DNA of 64,000 bases from a bacterium (GCA_030591965.1 JAUVAA010000001.1:164-64163); one strand, 5' to 3'. Positions 11,043 through 22,557 are shown, counted from the stretch's first letter. Program-made: numbers and translations. Notes: generated from the sequence alone by a model not told the origin.

Positions 11043-11403
11043 CTTCGTCTTCATAATCAATTTCTTCTTCTGGTTGTGCATTTTCCACACTCCACAATTT
11101 TTCTAACTGATAAAACTCACGCGATTGTGCCGTCATAACATGAAGAATCACATCGCCTAAATCAACCAATACCCATTCAGAATCTTGCCCACCTTCGACA
11201 CCTAAAGGCATCACACCTTGATCCTTTAATTCTAAAGTCACATATTCACATAAGGCTTTACTGTGGCGCGCTGAGGTTCCTGTCGCAATCACCATATAAT
11301 CAGTAAAACTCGTTTTTCCAATTACATCAATTGTGACTATATTTTCAGCCTTACGATCATCCAAGACTTTAGTCACAATCGCTAATAATTTTTCCGCTTG
11401 CAT
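11035..11403 (-). CDS. rsfS: Ribosome silencing factor
   Basis: LDDRKAENI, MVIATGTS, WVLVDLGDVILHVM and FYQLEKLW motifs; follows nadD. Confidence 0.96.
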   Translation of the reverse strand: MQAEKLLAIVTKVLDDRKAENIVTIDVIGKTSFTDYMVIATGTSARHSKALCEYVTLELKDQGVMPLGVEGGQDSEWVLVDLGDVILHVMTAQSREFYQLEKLWSVENAQPEEEIDYEDEDD

Positions 11404-11426
11404 TCAATTTCCTTTATTCTGTTTTT

Positions 11427-12050
11427 TCAGGCTTTATATAGTTGTTTCGCCTGTATATATTCAATGATCGCTTCAGGCAATAAAAAACTCGGATTTCTTT
11501 GCATAGCAAAGATTTGTCGAATAAATGTTGCTGAAATATCTAATTGCGTCACCTGTTGAAAATAGATTTTACCACTCGCACAGGATTTTAACGAATGCTT
11601 ATCATTAACTAGTTTATCTGCATAGAATTTTACTAAGGTTTCCGGCTTAAATGCAGGACGAGTCATGACCACAATATGCGCATAATCAAATAAGACCTGC
11701 CACCTGTGCCAACTGGATAAACCATTAAAAGCATCGGTACCAATAAATAAAAATAGCGGCCTATCTACCGCTATTTCAGCACGAATAGAAGCCAGCGTAT
11801 CGGCCATATAAGACGGCCCTGCTCGCTCCAGTTCACGCGTATCAATCTGTAATTGCGGCGTTGCCTGTATGGCCAGTTGCAACATTTGCACACGCATAGC
11901 TGCACTTACTTCAGGTTCATCACGGTGCGCAGGCTGGGAGCACGGCACTAAACGCAGCTCATCTAAAGCAAAAATCTCGTTGACCTCTATCGCCGTGCGT
12001 AAATGCCCATAATGCACTGGATTAAACGTGCCGCCATAAATACCTATCAT
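11427..12050 (-). CDS. nadD: Nicotinate-nucleotide adenylyltransferase
   Basis: GGTFNPVHYGH and DISATFIR motifs. Confidence 0.96.
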   Translation of the reverse strand: MIGIYGGTFNPVHYGHLRTAIEVNEIFALDELRLVPCSQPAHRDEPEVSAAMRVQMLQLAIQATPQLQIDTRELERAGPSYMADTLASIRAEIAVDRPLFLFIGTDAFNGLSSWHRWQVLFDYAHIVVMTRPAFKPETLVKFYADKLVNDKHSLKSCASGKIYFQQVTQLDISATFIRQIFAMQRNPSFLLPEAIIEYIQAKQLYKA

Positions 12051-13307
12051 TTACTGACGGATGTGCCCGTCCCCTAAGACAATATATTTCAAGCTTGTTA
12101 AGCCTTCTAAACCTACAGGTCCGCGCGCATGTAATTTATCAGTACTAATACCAATTTCTGCGCCTAAACCATATTCAAAACCATCCGCAAAACGAGTAGA
12201 TGCATTAACCATCACCGAACTAGAATCCATCTCACGCAGAAAACGGCGCGCTAAAGTATAATTTTCGGTAACAATAGACTCGGTATGCCCGGAGCTAAAT
12301 TGATTAATATGCGCCATAGCCTCATCAATATCTGCGACCACTTTGATAGATAATATGGGCGCTAAATATTCCGTCTCCCAATCTTCTTCAGTAGCACGCA
12401 AACAATCCGCAACGATAGAGCAGGTTTTTAAACAACCCCGTAATTCCACACCGGCTTCTTTGTATTGCACTGCTAATTTAGGTAATACTTGCAAAGCAAC
12501 CGATTCAGCAACTAATAAAGTCTCCATTGCATTACAAACACCATAACGGTGTGTTTTGGCATTTACAGCAATATTAATGGCTTTATCAATATCTGCTTGA
12601 CCATCTATATATACATGACAAATACCGTCTAAATGCTTAATAACGGCAATAGTCGCATCTTTAGATATGCGTTCAATCAGGCTTTTACCGCCACGAGGCA
12701 CGATAACATCAACATACTCATTCATCGTGATTAGTTCACCTACTGCTGCTCTATCCGTCGTTTCCACAACTTGCACGGCTGTCACAGGTAAACCAGCTTG
12801 CTCTAAACCTTTGGCAACACATAAAGCAATCGCTTTATTAGAATGAATCGACTCTGAACCACCACGCAAAATGCAAGCATTCCCTGATTTCAAACACAAA
12901 GCCGCGGCATCAACAGTCACATTAGGTCGCGATTCATAAATAATCCCGATGACACCTAAGGGCACACGCATTTGTCCAACTTGAATACCGCTAGGACGAT
13001 ATTTTAAATCAGTGATTGCACCCACAGGATCAGGTAAAGCCGCTACTTCATTTAAACCATCAATCATGGATTGAATTCGGTCAGGCGTTAGCTCGAGGCG
13101 ATCTAACAAAGCTGCATCTAAGCCTTTTTCTTTACCCGCTTGTAAGTCTTTAGCATTTTCTTCAGCTAATAAAGCCGTATTATTTTTTAATTGCTCAGCA
13201 ATCGCAAATAAAGCCGCATTCTTTTGCCCTGATTCAGCACGGCTTACTGCACGACCCGCGGCTTTTGCTTGTTGACCTAAAGAGGTCATATAATCTTTTA
13301 TATTCAC
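12051..13307 (-). CDS. proA: Glutamate-5-semialdehyde dehydrogenase
   Basis: [20 protein letters not shown] and KLHARGPVG motifs. GTG start at 13307 chosen. Confidence 0.97.
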   Translation of the reverse strand: MNIKDYMTSLGQQAKAAGRAVSRAESGQKNAALFAIAEQLKNNTALLAEENAKDLQAGKEKGLDAALLDRLELTPDRIQSMIDGLNEVAALPDPVGAITDLKYRPSGIQVGQMRVPLGVIGIIYESRPNVTVDAAALCLKSGNACILRGGSESIHSNKAIALCVAKGLEQAGLPVTAVQVVETTDRAAVGELITMNEYVDVIVPRGGKSLIERISKDATIAVIKHLDGICHVYIDGQADIDKAINIAVNAKTHRYGVCNAMETLLVAESVALQVLPKLAVQYKEAGVELRGCLKTCSIVADCLRATEEDWETEYLAPILSIKVVADIDEAMAHINQFSSGHTESIVTENYTLARRFLREMDSSSVMVNASTRFADGFEYGLGAEIGISTDKLHARGPVGLEGLTSLKYIVLGDGHIRQ

Positions 13308-13317
13308 TGTTTTCCAA

Positions 13318-13756
13318 TTATCTATTAACTTTTTCAACATAAGCTAAAGTATTCAGCCCTATGGCAATCAATTCTGGCGCGATCTTTATCACATCTAAAA
13401 ATACACTTTGCAAAGCCTCATCTAAATACTCATGCACGATGTCATTACGAATATCCTTGATCTGTCTAATTAATTCAATATCCTTAAATAATCCTCGCTT
13501 ATGCGCATGATTAACCACATCAATTAATGTTCCTTGATTTTCAAATTCAACATCATCAATACACCTAAACACTTTACGCACTAAAAAATCAATCGTACGT
13601 GCATAACGACTACAGAGGTTTTCAAACTGATTAAACTGCTCGATACTAAAATTTTCTGGCGCAGATAAGTCTTTTCACTTGCTGATAAGAATAATCCAAC
13701 CAGAAAAGTTGTTTTTTCAAAGAAACACCGAGCTCTTGCAAATAAGCACTGCTCAT
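13318..13756 (-). pseudogene. HEPN-domain (HepT/HI0074-like) toxin, frameshifted
   Basis: ATG at 13756 overlaps the MNT stop. Frame 1 reads MSSAYLQELGVSLKKQLFWLDYSYQQVK and then stops. Removing one A at 13672-13675 joins it to ...FENLCSRYARTIDFLVRKVFR...RNDIVHEY (Rx4H). Confidence 0.8.
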
Positions 13757-14037
13757 AATTGAACCGCCGTAGGCTTTATCATATTAATAAATGCCTGATT
13801 TTCAATACCCGAGTTCAAAACCAAATCCATTTTCTGCTCACCAAAACGTTCAAAAAATTGCCAGCGAATTTTGCGTAAATCTTGTTTAGTCAAAATATTT
13901 GACTCAATTAATAAATCAATATCACCACCACGTTTTGCATCATCAACCCGACTACCAAACAAATAAACATGCGCACTAGCATCAAGTGCCAATACGCTGC
14001 TCTTGATAGTATCAATTTCTTTATTTGTTAAGCGCAT
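13753..14037 (-). CDS. Minimal nucleotidyltransferase (MntA-like antitoxin)
   Basis: LFGSRVDDAKRGGDIDLLI (GS...DxD) motif, 94 aa, coupled to the HEPN gene. Confidence 0.9.
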   Translation of the reverse strand: MRLTNKEIDTIKSSVLALDASAHVYLFGSRVDDAKRGGDIDLLIESNILTKQDLRKIRWQFFERFGEQKMDLVLNSGIENQAFINMIKPTAVQL

Positions 14038-14048
14038 AATGCGTTAAA

Positions 14049-14075
14049 GGTGGGCAAAAAACCTGCCCATCCTAC
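14049..14075 (-). repeat. GTAG-type REP hairpin
   Basis: GTAGGATGGGCAGGTTTTTTGCCCACC immediately after the acnB stop. Confidence 0.65.
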
Positions 14076-14076
14076 A

Positions 14077-16674
14077 TTACTCTACCTCTACCGCATCCGC
14101 TTTATCTTGATAGCTTTTGATCTGATCAAAATTCAAATAGCGATAAGTATCTTCTGCTGTTTCGCTAATTTTACTTACATAAGCCATATACTCTTCATTA
14201 GTGGGAATTTTACCCAAAATAGAACAGACAGCCGCTAATTCCGCAGAGCCTAAATAGACATTGGCATTATTACCTAAACGGTTCGGGAAGTTACGTGTAG
14301 AAGTCGAAACCACGGTCGCATTATCTGCAACACGCGCCTGATTACCCATACACAATGAACAACCTGGCATTTCCATTCGTGCGCCAGATTTACCGAATGT
14401 ACTGTAATAGCCTTCTTCAGTTAATTGCGCCTGATCCATTTTAGTCGGTGGTGAGACCCAGAGCTGAGTTGGTAAACGACCCGCTTCTTTTTCTAATAAC
14501 TTGCCAGCAGCACGGAAATGACCGATATTGGTCATACATGAGCCTAAAAATACTTCATCGATTTTAGTACCCGCAACATCCGCTAACGTTTTCACATCAT
14601 CAGGATCATTCGGACAAGCCATAATCGGCTCTTTAATCGCATTCAAATCAATTTCGATAATTTCAAAATACTCTGCATCAGCATCAGGTGCCATTAATTC
14701 AGGCTTTGCAATCCATGCCTGCATTTCTTTGATTCGACGCTCAATCGTACGCACATCGCCGTAACCTTCTGAAATCATCCATTTCAACATGGTGATATTC
14801 GAATTGATATATTCACGAATCGGCGCATCACCTAGACGAATCGTACAGCCTGCAGCAGAACGTTCCGCTGAAGCATCGGACAATTCAAACGCTTGCTCTA
14901 CTTTTAAATCAGGCAAGCCTTCAATTTCTAAAATACGACCAGAGAAGACATTTTTCTTACCTTTTTTCTCAACTGTTAATAAGCCTTTTTCAATCGCTGC
15001 CAAAGGAATCGCATTGACCAAATCACGTAAAGTAATACCTGGTTGCATTTCGCCTTTAAAGCGCACTAAAATCGATTCAGGCATATCTAATGGCATCACG
15101 CCTGTCGCAGCGGCAAACGCCACTAAACCAGAGCCAGCAGGAAAGGAAATCCCAATCGGAAAACGTGTATGCGAATCACCGCCTGTACCAACCGTATCTG
15201 GCAATAACATACGGTTTAACCACGAATGAATAATACCGTCGCCCGGACGTAAAGCAACACCGCCACGATTCATAATAAAATCAGGCAAGCTATGTTGCAT
15301 TGCCACATCAATCGGCTTTGGGTAGGCAGCTGTATGACAAAAAGACTGCATAACTAAATCAGCGGAAAAACCTAAGCAGGCTAAATCTTTTAACTCATCA
15401 CGGGTCATAGGGCCAGTGGTATCCTGCGAACCCACAGTCGTCATATGTGGTTCACAATAAGTATTCGGACGCACGCCAACAACACCGCAGGCTTTACCGA
15501 CTATTTTTTGCGCTAAAGTAAACCCTTTACTGCTTGCTGCTTCATCGCGTGGTCTACGAAAGACACTCGAAGCGTCCAAATCTAATGCGTTACGCGCACG
15601 ATCTGTTAAACCACGACCAATAATCAACGGAATACGTCCACCGGCACGTACTTCATCTAATAAAATATCGGTTTTTAATGCGAACTCACAAATCACAGCA
15701 CCCGTATCATGATTTTTGACTACACCTTGATATGGGTAAATATCAATCACATCGCCCATCGCCATGTTTTCAACATCACATTCAAACGGCAATGCACCTG
15801 AATCTTCCATAGTATTAAAGAAAATCGGCGCAATTTTGCCACCAATACACACACCGCCTGCGCGTTTATTAGGCACATAAGGAATATCATCGCCAGTAAA
15901 CCAAAGTACTGAATTAGTTGCAGATTTACGTGAAGAACCCGTTCCAACCACATCACCTACATAAGCAACAGGAAACCCTTTTTCTTTTAAGGCATCAATT
16001 TGTTGCTCAGTATTCGTAACGCCTTCACGCGGTATTTTCAGCATCGCTTGTGCATGCAAAGGAATATCAGGACGTGACCATGCATCAGGAGCTGGTGATA
16101 AATCATCGGTATTGGTTTCACCGGTGACTTTAAAAACAGTAACAGTTAATTTCTCAGGTACTTCGGGTTTACTAGTAAACCATTCCGCATCTGCCCAAGA
16201 TTGTATGACTTGCTTAGCAAAGGCATTACCCGCTTCCGCTTTTTCTTGTACGTCATGAAAGGCATCAAACACCAATAAGGTGTGCGATAAGGCTGTGACA
16301 GCAATAGGTGCAAGCGCATCATTATCTAATAACTCAATCAATGAGGCTATATTATAACCACCCAGCATCGTACCTAATAATTCAGTGGCGCGCGCAGCGC
16401 CTAAAATAGGTGAGGACACTTCGCTTTTCGCCAATGCAGCTAAAAATCCCGCTTTAACATAAGCCGCTTCATCAACACCTGCTGGCACGCGGTTTGTTAA
16501 TAAATCCAGAATAAACGCTTCTTCACCCGCTGGCGGCTGTTTAATTAATTCAACAATGGCAGCAACTTGGTCTGCATTTAAAGGCTGCGGAACAACACCC
16601 GTTTTTGCTCTTTCTGCTACATGTTCACGGTATTGCGCTAATACTTCAGTTGGATTTACTGTACTGTTAGTCAT
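14077..16674 (-). CDS. acnB: Bifunctional aconitate hydratase 2 / 2-methylisocitrate dehydratase
   Basis: [42 protein letters not shown] and [10 protein letters not shown] motifs. Confidence 0.98.
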   Translation of the reverse strand: MTNSTVNPTEVLAQYREHVAERAKTGVVPQPLNADQVAAIVELIKQPPAGEEAFILDLLTNRVPAGVDEAAYVKAGFLAALAKSEVSSPILGAARATELLGTMLGGYNIASLIELLDNDALAPIAVTALSHTLLVFDAFHDVQEKAEAGNAFAKQVIQSWADAEWFTSKPEVPEKLTVTVFKVTGETNTDDLSPAPDAWSRPDIPLHAQAMLKIPREGVTNTEQQIDALKEKGFPVAYVGDVVGTGSSRKSATNSVLWFTGDDIPYVPNKRAGGVCIGGKIAPIFFNTMEDSGALPFECDVENMAMGDVIDIYPYQGVVKNHDTGAVICEFALKTDILLDEVRAGGRIPLIIGRGLTDRARNALDLDASSVFRRPRDEAASSKGFTLAQKIVGKACGVVGVRPNTYCEPHMTTVGSQDTTGPMTRDELKDLACLGFSADLVMQSFCHTAAYPKPIDVAMQHSLPDFIMNRGGVALRPGDGIIHSWLNRMLLPDTVGTGGDSHTRFPIGISFPAGSGLVAFAAATGVMPLDMPESILVRFKGEMQPGITLRDLVNAIPLAAIEKGLLTVEKKGKKNVFSGRILEIEGLPDLKVEQAFELSDASAERSAAGCTIRLGDAPIREYINSNITMLKWMISEGYGDVRTIERRIKEMQAWIAKPELMAPDADAEYFEIIEIDLNAIKEPIMACPNDPDDVKTLADVAGTKIDEVFLGSCMTNIGHFRAAGKLLEKEAGRLPTQLWVSPPTKMDQAQLTEEGYYSTFGKSGARMEMPGCSLCMGNQARVADNATVVSTSTRNFPNRLGNNANVYLGSAELAAVCSILGKIPTNEEYMAYVSKISETAEDTYRYLNFDQIKSYQDKADAVEVE

Positions 16675-16705
16675 TTAATATAGTTACCTTTAAATAATGA
16701 GATTT

Positions 16706-17116
16706 TTATTTTATAAGCGTTGTAAACGGCTTTTCACCTTGTATACGATAAATATCGAAATCCCTGTCAATGGTTGCAATCGTATGAATATTTAATTTCT
16801 CCGCTAAAAAAACCAAACACGCATCCGCAAAATCCATAGGAAAATCTGCATATTTAATGGTCAATTTTTTTATTTTGCCTAAGTCATTTGCTGTTATGTT
16901 TTCTAATGTTACCGCGCCTGCATTAACCCAGCCTAAAAAGTCAATCTGAGCGCGCCTATTAAAATCAAGTAAATGTAGCGTTTCGGTTAGCGAAGCAAGC
17001 GTTGTAATCAATTCACTTTTATTAGATTTTATGAAGGCAACAGAAGCAGCATGATATTTGTCATTGCCATCAAATAAAGCAATCAAGGGGCCAGAATCAA
17101 TGAGAATTTTATTCAT
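16706..17116 (-). CDS. PIN-domain toxin (VapC-like)
   Basis: LIDSG...E...MDFADA...TIDRDF acidic PIN residues; overlaps the antitoxin gene. Confidence 0.9.
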   Translation of the reverse strand: MNKILIDSGPLIALFDGNDKYHAASVAFIKSNKSELITTLASLTETLHLLDFNRRAQIDFLGWVNAGAVTLENITANDLGKIKKLTIKYADFPMDFADACLVFLAEKLNIHTIATIDRDFDIYRIQGEKPFTTLIK

Positions 17117-17351
17117 ATTTTTCTTGAACTTTTTCTTTTATCCGTATTTTTCTATCCCTAGAAAGGCTTTCTTCAGTACTGGAATATTTACCAAAAATAC
17201 CCTCACCTAATTCCCAAGCCGACTCTTTGTCTATCTTACCTATAAACTCAGTGATACTTTTTCTAATCAATTCTGACTTACTAAGCCCCATTTTTTTAGC
17301 CGTCTGATTAATTTTTTCTTCTAATTCTGATTCAAGTCTAAGGGTAATCAT
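17109..17351 (-). CDS. CopG/ribbon-helix-helix antitoxin
   Basis: MITLRL...GLSKSELIRKSI RHH pattern, upstream of the PIN gene. Confidence 0.85.
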   Translation of the reverse strand: MITLRLESELEEKINQTAKKMGLSKSELIRKSITEFIGKIDKESAWELGEGIFGKYSSTEESLSRDRKIRIKEKVQEKYE

Positions 17352-17367
17352 ATAATCTTCCAATAAC

Positions 17368-17396
17368 AAGCTGTATTACACATTGTAATACAGCTT
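17368..17396. promoter_or_regulatory. Palindromic operator of the RHH-PIN operon
   Basis: Perfect 13-bp arms AAGCTGTATTACA-cat-TGTAATACAGCTT just upstream of the antitoxin start. Confidence 0.7.
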
Positions 17397-17448
17397 TAAT
17401 ACAAGATTTTTATTTTTCTATAGTTGCAGGAGGGTACTCGGTCCCTCT

Positions 17449-20400
17449 CTATTCCTCAGTTTCCTTAATCAACGCCATCATATCACCCACCGACATCTTA
17501 CCACTGACTTCGCCGCCTTCTAATAAACTACTGGCTAAATCACGTTTATGCGCGTGTAAATCAACTATTTTATCTTCTATGGTATCTTTCGCCACTAAAC
17601 GATAAATAGTCACAGGGCGTGTCTGACCCATACGATGCGCTCGATCTGAGGCTTGATCTTCTACCGCAGGGTTCCACCATGGATCCATATGAATCACATA
17701 ATCAGCAGCCGTTAAATTTAACCCTGAGCCACCCGCCTTTAAGCTAATTAAAAAGACATCACCTTCGCCGCCTTGAAATGCAGTAACGGCTTTTTTACGT
17801 TTAGGTATCGATGTACTGCCATCTAGATATTGGTAGTTAATTCCTTTTTTATCCAATAAATCACGAATAATATGCAAATGCCCGACAAATTGACTAAACA
17901 CTAAGGCTTTATGGCGACCTGAAATTAATTCATCAACTAGCTCTTCAAAAGCTTGTAATTTAGCACTACTTAATGGGCTATCTTCCATTACCAATTTGGG
18001 ATGACAACAGGCACGGCGTAGCTTCATAATTTCTGCCAATACTTTTAAATGCTGCTGTCCTACTTGTTGCTCTTCTTCCTGTGATTTTTGCATAGCCTCG
18101 ACAGCATTACGACGCATAGCTTCATAAAAAGTACGCTCCTCCCTACTCAATTCCACATGCAAGGTAATTTCTGTTCGCGACGGTAACTCTTTCAATACAT
18201 CGGTTTTAAGTCGACGCAGGATAAAGGGTCGCAGTAATTTCTTTAATCGTTGCTGGGCGGAATGATCCTTATTATTTTCAATCGCTTGCGCATAACGCTC
18301 ATTAAATTTTTTCAGCGAACCCAGCAAACCCGGATTAATAAAATGAAATAAATTCCATAATTCACCCAAATGATTTTCTATCGGTGTACCTGTGGTAATA
18401 ACTTTAAAGTCCGCCTGCAATGCCATGGCTGCTTGTGAACGTTTAGTTAAGCCATTTTTTATCGCTTGCGCTTCATCAGCAACGATGGTCTGCCACTGTT
18501 TATCCGTTAATAATTCAGACTCGGTTTGTAATAGTCCATAACTACACACAACCAAATCAAATGCACCAGCTTGCTCAATGATTTTTTGCCGATCCCCCGC
18601 GCCAAAATGTAATACATTTAAAGTCGGTGCAAATCGTTGCGCCTCTTCCAGCCAATTCATACACACTGAGGTCGGAGCCAGAATTAACGTCGGACCATTC
18701 ATTGCACGCGATAAAATCAAAGAAAGTGCTTGTATGGTTTTTCCTAGCCCCATATCATCAGCCAAGCATGCGCCCGCCCCCCAGTGTGCTAAACGCGCCA
18801 TCCATTGATAACCTTCCAATTGATAATCACGCAATTCTCCTTGTAAAGTAGAAGGGACTTTCGGGTCTAAATCAGTCATTGATTCCAATTTCTTTAACTG
18901 ATCACTCCACTGCTTACTCGCCTTAACATCCATCCCTTCTAAGGCTTCATTTAAAGCAGGTGCCGCTAAGGCATGAAACTGCAGTGCGTTCCCTTTTTGC
19001 TCTCCTAGCCCAGCAACATCGTCTAAACGTTGACGTAATTCACTGGTTAGCGCAATAAACTGCCCATCTTCCAGCTTTAAAAAGCGCCCTGAAGTTGCCT
19101 TTAATAAATTAATTAGGCGTTGCATATCATAGACTTGCTCGTCATCTATCTGCACTTCACCCTCAACGCTAAACCAGTCTTTTTCTTTACGCACAGAGAA
19201 ATGTGCCTCTCCTAAACCCGCCTCACGACTCACTTTAATTTTCTGACCTTTAGGCCACTCTAAGACAATAAAATCACCTAAATTTTGCAATTTCAACAAT
19301 GCTTCTAAAGCCATTTCAGGGTCTTCAAGCGTCCATTTTGCATCAGAACTTTGGTATAACTCAGAGCATTGTTCATACAACTTTTCTAAGTACGACTTTT
19401 CCAGTGAGAAATTACGTGAAGTCTGTAATTGTTTACCGTCCACTTCAGCCAACACCGTAGTACCGCCTATACCTGGCTTATAAATGGGTCCAGCATCAGT
19501 AAAGGGCTGAACAAAAGCCTCAATTTGCAAGCCTTCTCCATGCTGCAATAAATGCATATGCAAACGTGCATCAGCCTCTACCGTCTCTATATTTAAAGCT
19601 AAGCCTTCTATATCTGACTGCACAGTGAGCGTTGATGCAATTGAAGCAATGGAATCAATCACTTGTTGCTTAGCTTTCTGTGGTACAGAAAGCCCTTTAT
19701 CTCCTAAAATACTGGCAACTTGTCGATGCTGTTCGGTAATTTGATAAACCCGAATGTCATTATCTGCACTACGTTCAAAAACAACCTCTTCAGCATGGAT
19801 AATGGGGTGTAAGGAAATACGCAAATCTTTCTTTTGCGTGGTCACCAATAATTGCGGCTCAGCTTTGCTTAGCGTAATTGGGTTTGTATATTCACTAGCA
19901 CTAGACCAATAAACGTGCGGATGATCCACCGCCGCTAGTACCGCCTCATTTTCTAAAACATACACTTCTTTATAACTGTAGCTATAATAATTGTCTTCTA
20001 GCTCCTTACTGATTTGCGCACAAATACGCCGATCCTGGAGTGTTAAATAATCAAAACTTGCCTGCTCTGAATATAGCCTTTTCAAAGAAACAGCTCGCCC
20101 CTTAGTCCAACGCCCTGATTTTCCCAACTTTTGCTCACGCGGCTCCAATTCAGCATTATTGCCGTCTAATCTTAATAACCAAATCATGCGTGATTCAGCA
20201 TGTGCAGCAGATGGCTCAGCGCTAAGTTGTGTTAACGCGGATAGTGCTCGCTCCCACTTTTCTACACGCGGCAATAAATCAATAATATGCAAAGCATTAG
20301 AATCTTTGTATTTTTCAGAAATGGCCTTTATTTCTTTATCTTTTATGCCTAATTTTTGTAATAAATGTGAACTAACCGCAGCATAATAATGTGCACCGCC

Positions 20401-21591
20401 CTTATCAGCTAAGACACAATAATTTTGAAATACCGATAAAAAATCTTTATCCCAATTGGTAGCAATCGCAAGCGTATCTAGCCAATGCAATAATAAACAA
20501 TGAAATAATCTATCATAAGGACCGGCCAATGGCCGGCGTAACTCATAAGCTTCTTCAGCTTTAAGTTGCGTCTGATAAACCTCAAGACCTTCTTTTAAAC
20601 GACCATTAGTATTGAAAAAGCTATCGCTACCTTTACTCTTTTCAATGATTTTTAATTGCGCCTTTAACAAACTGATATTTTCAGCTGTTTTAGTTTTTAA
20701 TAAGGCTAAATGGAAAAAGTAACCGTGGATATGCGACAAAAAAACATTCCGTTTACGTGTTTCTTTTTTTATCAATTGAAGTGCAGCCTGGTAAAGCTCT
20801 AAAGCCTCATCATTGCGATTATCAATGAAGCAAGCACTCCCTTTGATCATCAAGCCCTTAGCTGAGTAATCACCCTGAAGCAAGGCCTCAACCCCTTGAG
20901 CATCATTAGCCATCAACTTAAACTCAGCTAGGTTCTGTAATAATTCCAAGGGAGGTGTGGCACTAGAATCAACAGCACTCTGTAATAATTGCACAGGGAA
21001 GCTCACGTCCTCAATACTAAAAGTGAAATATTCCGCATACATTGATAAAGAAAAGTTTTTTATATCTTGGTTCAGCTGATCAAACCAAGGCCTATCAAAA
21101 GCGGTAAAAAACAATAAATTTAATAATGGCATGACCTGGTCAGGAAATTCACCCTCGAAACTATCAAACTGCTCCTTAAATTTTTTCGCATTACCAAGAT
21201 AAAGATAAAAGCGTAAGATTCTGACTGCATTAAGTACCTTCACTTGATAAGAAGAATAGTAGGGCCTATCACTTAAGCTATAGTCAGCCAATTTAGAAAA
21301 TAAATTATTATGATCTTCAAATGCTATTTTCATTAGCACTTCGCTAATTTCCTTAGCGCACCGCCAGCCATCGCTAGTCACTGTAATCAAGCCCTGCCGT
21401 TCCAATTTATCTTTTAAAGGTTTGGTAATTTGTTTATAAATTTTAGTCTCAACAGACTGAGTACCACGCAAAATATCTATTAATTTAGTTTGACCGACGG
21501 GTACAAAAAGAATAGCTAAAGCTAAAAGTACCTGCCGTTCATCTTCGCTTAATAACTGGAATTTTCTTAATAAGGTTTCTTGAGTGGACAT
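17449..21591 (-). CDS. SNF2-family (SF2) helicase with long N-terminal helical region
   Basis: LADDMGLGKT, DEAQAIKN, TGTPIEN, LRRLK, DPWWNPAVEDQASDRAHRMGQ motifs. Confidence 0.92.
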   Translation of the reverse strand: MSTQETLLRKFQLLSEDERQVLLALAILFVPVGQTKLIDILRGTQSVETKIYKQITKPLKDKLERQGLITVTSDGWRCAKEISEVLMKIAFEDHNNLFSKLADYSLSDRPYYSSYQVKVLNAVRILRFYLYLGNAKKFKEQFDSFEGEFPDQVMPLLNLLFFTAFDRPWFDQLNQDIKNFSLSMYAEYFTFSIEDVSFPVQLLQSAVDSSATPPLELLQNLAEFKLMANDAQGVEALLQGDYSAKGLMIKGSACFIDNRNDEALELYQAALQLIKKETRKRNVFLSHIHGYFFHLALLKTKTAENISLLKAQLKIIEKSKGSDSFFNTNGRLKEGLEVYQTQLKAEEAYELRRPLAGPYDRLFHCLLLHWLDTLAIATNWDKDFLSVFQNYCVLADKGGAHYYAAVSSHLLQKLGIKDKEIKAISEKYKDSNALHIIDLLPRVEKWERALSALTQLSAEPSAAHAESRMIWLLRLDGNNAELEPREQKLGKSGRWTKGRAVSLKRLYSEQASFDYLTLQDRRICAQISKELEDNYYSYSYKEVYVLENEAVLAAVDHPHVYWSSASEYTNPITLSKAEPQLLVTTQKKDLRISLHPIIHAEEVVFERSADNDIRVYQITEQHRQVASILGDKGLSVPQKAKQQVIDSIASIASTLTVQSDIEGLALNIETVEADARLHMHLLQHGEGLQIEAFVQPFTDAGPIYKPGIGGTTVLAEVDGKQLQTSRNFSLEKSYLEKLYEQCSELYQSSDAKWTLEDPEMALEALLKLQNLGDFIVLEWPKGQKIKVSREAGLGEAHFSVRKEKDWFSVEGEVQIDDEQVYDMQRLINLLKATSGRFLKLEDGQFIALTSELRQRLDDVAGLGEQKGNALQFHALAAPALNEALEGMDVKASKQWSDQLKKLESMTDLDPKVPSTLQGELRDYQLEGYQWMARLAHWGAGACLADDMGLGKTIQALSLILSRAMNGPTLILAPTSVCMNWLEEAQRFAPTLNVLHFGAGDRQKIIEQAGAFDLVVCSYGLLQTESELLTDKQWQTIVADEAQAIKNGLTKRSQAAMALQADFKVITTGTPIENHLGELWNLFHFINPGLLGSLKKFNERYAQAIENNKDHSAQQRLKKLLRPFILRRLKTDVLKELPSRTEITLHVELSREERTFYEAMRRNAVEAMQKSQEEEQQVGQQHLKVLAEIMKLRRACCHPKLVMEDSPLSSAKLQAFEELVDELISGRHKALVFSQFVGHLHIIRDLLDKKGINYQYLDGSTSIPKRKKAVTAFQGGEGDVFLISLKAGGSGLNLTAADYVIHMDPWWNPAVEDQASDRAHRMGQTRPVTIYRLVAKDTIEDKIVDLHAHKRDLASSLLEGGEVSGKMSVGDMMALIKETEE

Positions 21592-21692
21592 ATTTTTCTT
21601 GATTCAGGGCGTGGCGCCTTTATATGGGTTTTAACAGGTTTTTAGCTTGCTTTTTCTGGCGACAAACTTAAATAGGGACGTTCACCTTATTT

Positions 21693-21747
21693 GTAGGGCG
21701 GACTTCAGTCCGCTTTTTTAGCAATGGCGGACTGAAGTCCGCCCTAC
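21693..21747. repeat. Inverted GTAG-REP doublet (REPIN-like)
   Basis: GTAGGGCGGACTTCAGTCCGC-N13-GCGGACTGAAGTCCGCCCTAC, perfect 21-bp arms. Confidence 0.85.
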
Positions 21748-21803
21748 GAGTTATAAGCTGTCCAGCTAACAACAGGTCGCACGGTAAATATAGGAAGCGC
21801 TAT

Positions 21804-22556
21804 TTAAGACAAACTTTCTTCTATTTGCTGCAAAGTCTCTTCAGTTAAAGGCTGATGATTTTCATCCACAATATCTCCTTTAAGTAAAGCTGATAATTGA
21901 CCGGCCGTATTGATTAAATCATCAAATACAGCTTTGACATCATCCAGTTCCCTAGGCTGCATAAAAAAAGAAATACCGGGACAGTAATAAGACTCCCAGT
22001 TGTCACCAGGAAAAACACCCGGCGCAGCCATACTTGCAACAGCATAATCGACACGGTTTTGCGCATCTAAACGCTCAAAAACTTTCACACTGCCATAAAC
22101 TAAACCTACGCGCTCAAATGCTTGTACTAATTGTAAACCTTTAAAACCTTCTGGGTTTTTAGCAACTAGGTGTAATTGCAATAACGCTGGCAATTGCTTT
22201 GTAGGAGGCTCGGAAAGAGGTTCATCCGGTTTATTCATCGCCGCAGCTAATATATCCGGCTCTGACTCTACACTTTCTTGCTGTTGAGCTTCTTGTATAT
22301 AGGCTGAATTTAAGCGCATTTTTACTTCCGGCGCTTGATAATCATCATTTTCGCGCGTATTTAAGGGCACAATATCAAAATCATCATCAGCCGTATTCAC
22401 AAATAAGCTACGATCTATATTTTCCAGTGGATCACGCTCACCACCAAACATATTTTTATTTTTTGACTTTCCTTTAAACATACCCCAAAGAATCATGCCT
22501 AAAATAACTAGACCACCCACTGAAATGATGACTATTCTTAATAAATCTTTATCCAC
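21804..22556 (-). CDS. zipA: Cell division protein ZipA
   Basis: N-terminal TM anchor, acidic/Pro linker, C-terminal FtsZ-binding-like domain (ASMAAPGVF, PGISFFMQ); follows smc. Confidence 0.85.
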   Translation of the reverse strand: MDKDLLRIVIISVGGLVILGMILWGMFKGKSKNKNMFGGERDPLENIDRSLFVNTADDDFDIVPLNTRENDDYQAPEVKMRLNSAYIQEAQQQESVESEPDILAAAMNKPDEPLSEPPTKQLPALLQLHLVAKNPEGFKGLQLVQAFERVGLVYGSVKVFERLDAQNRVDYAVASMAAPGVFPGDNWESYYCPGISFFMQPRELDDVKAVFDDLINTAGQLSALLKGDIVDENHQPLTEETLQQIEESLS

Positions 22557-22557
22557 G

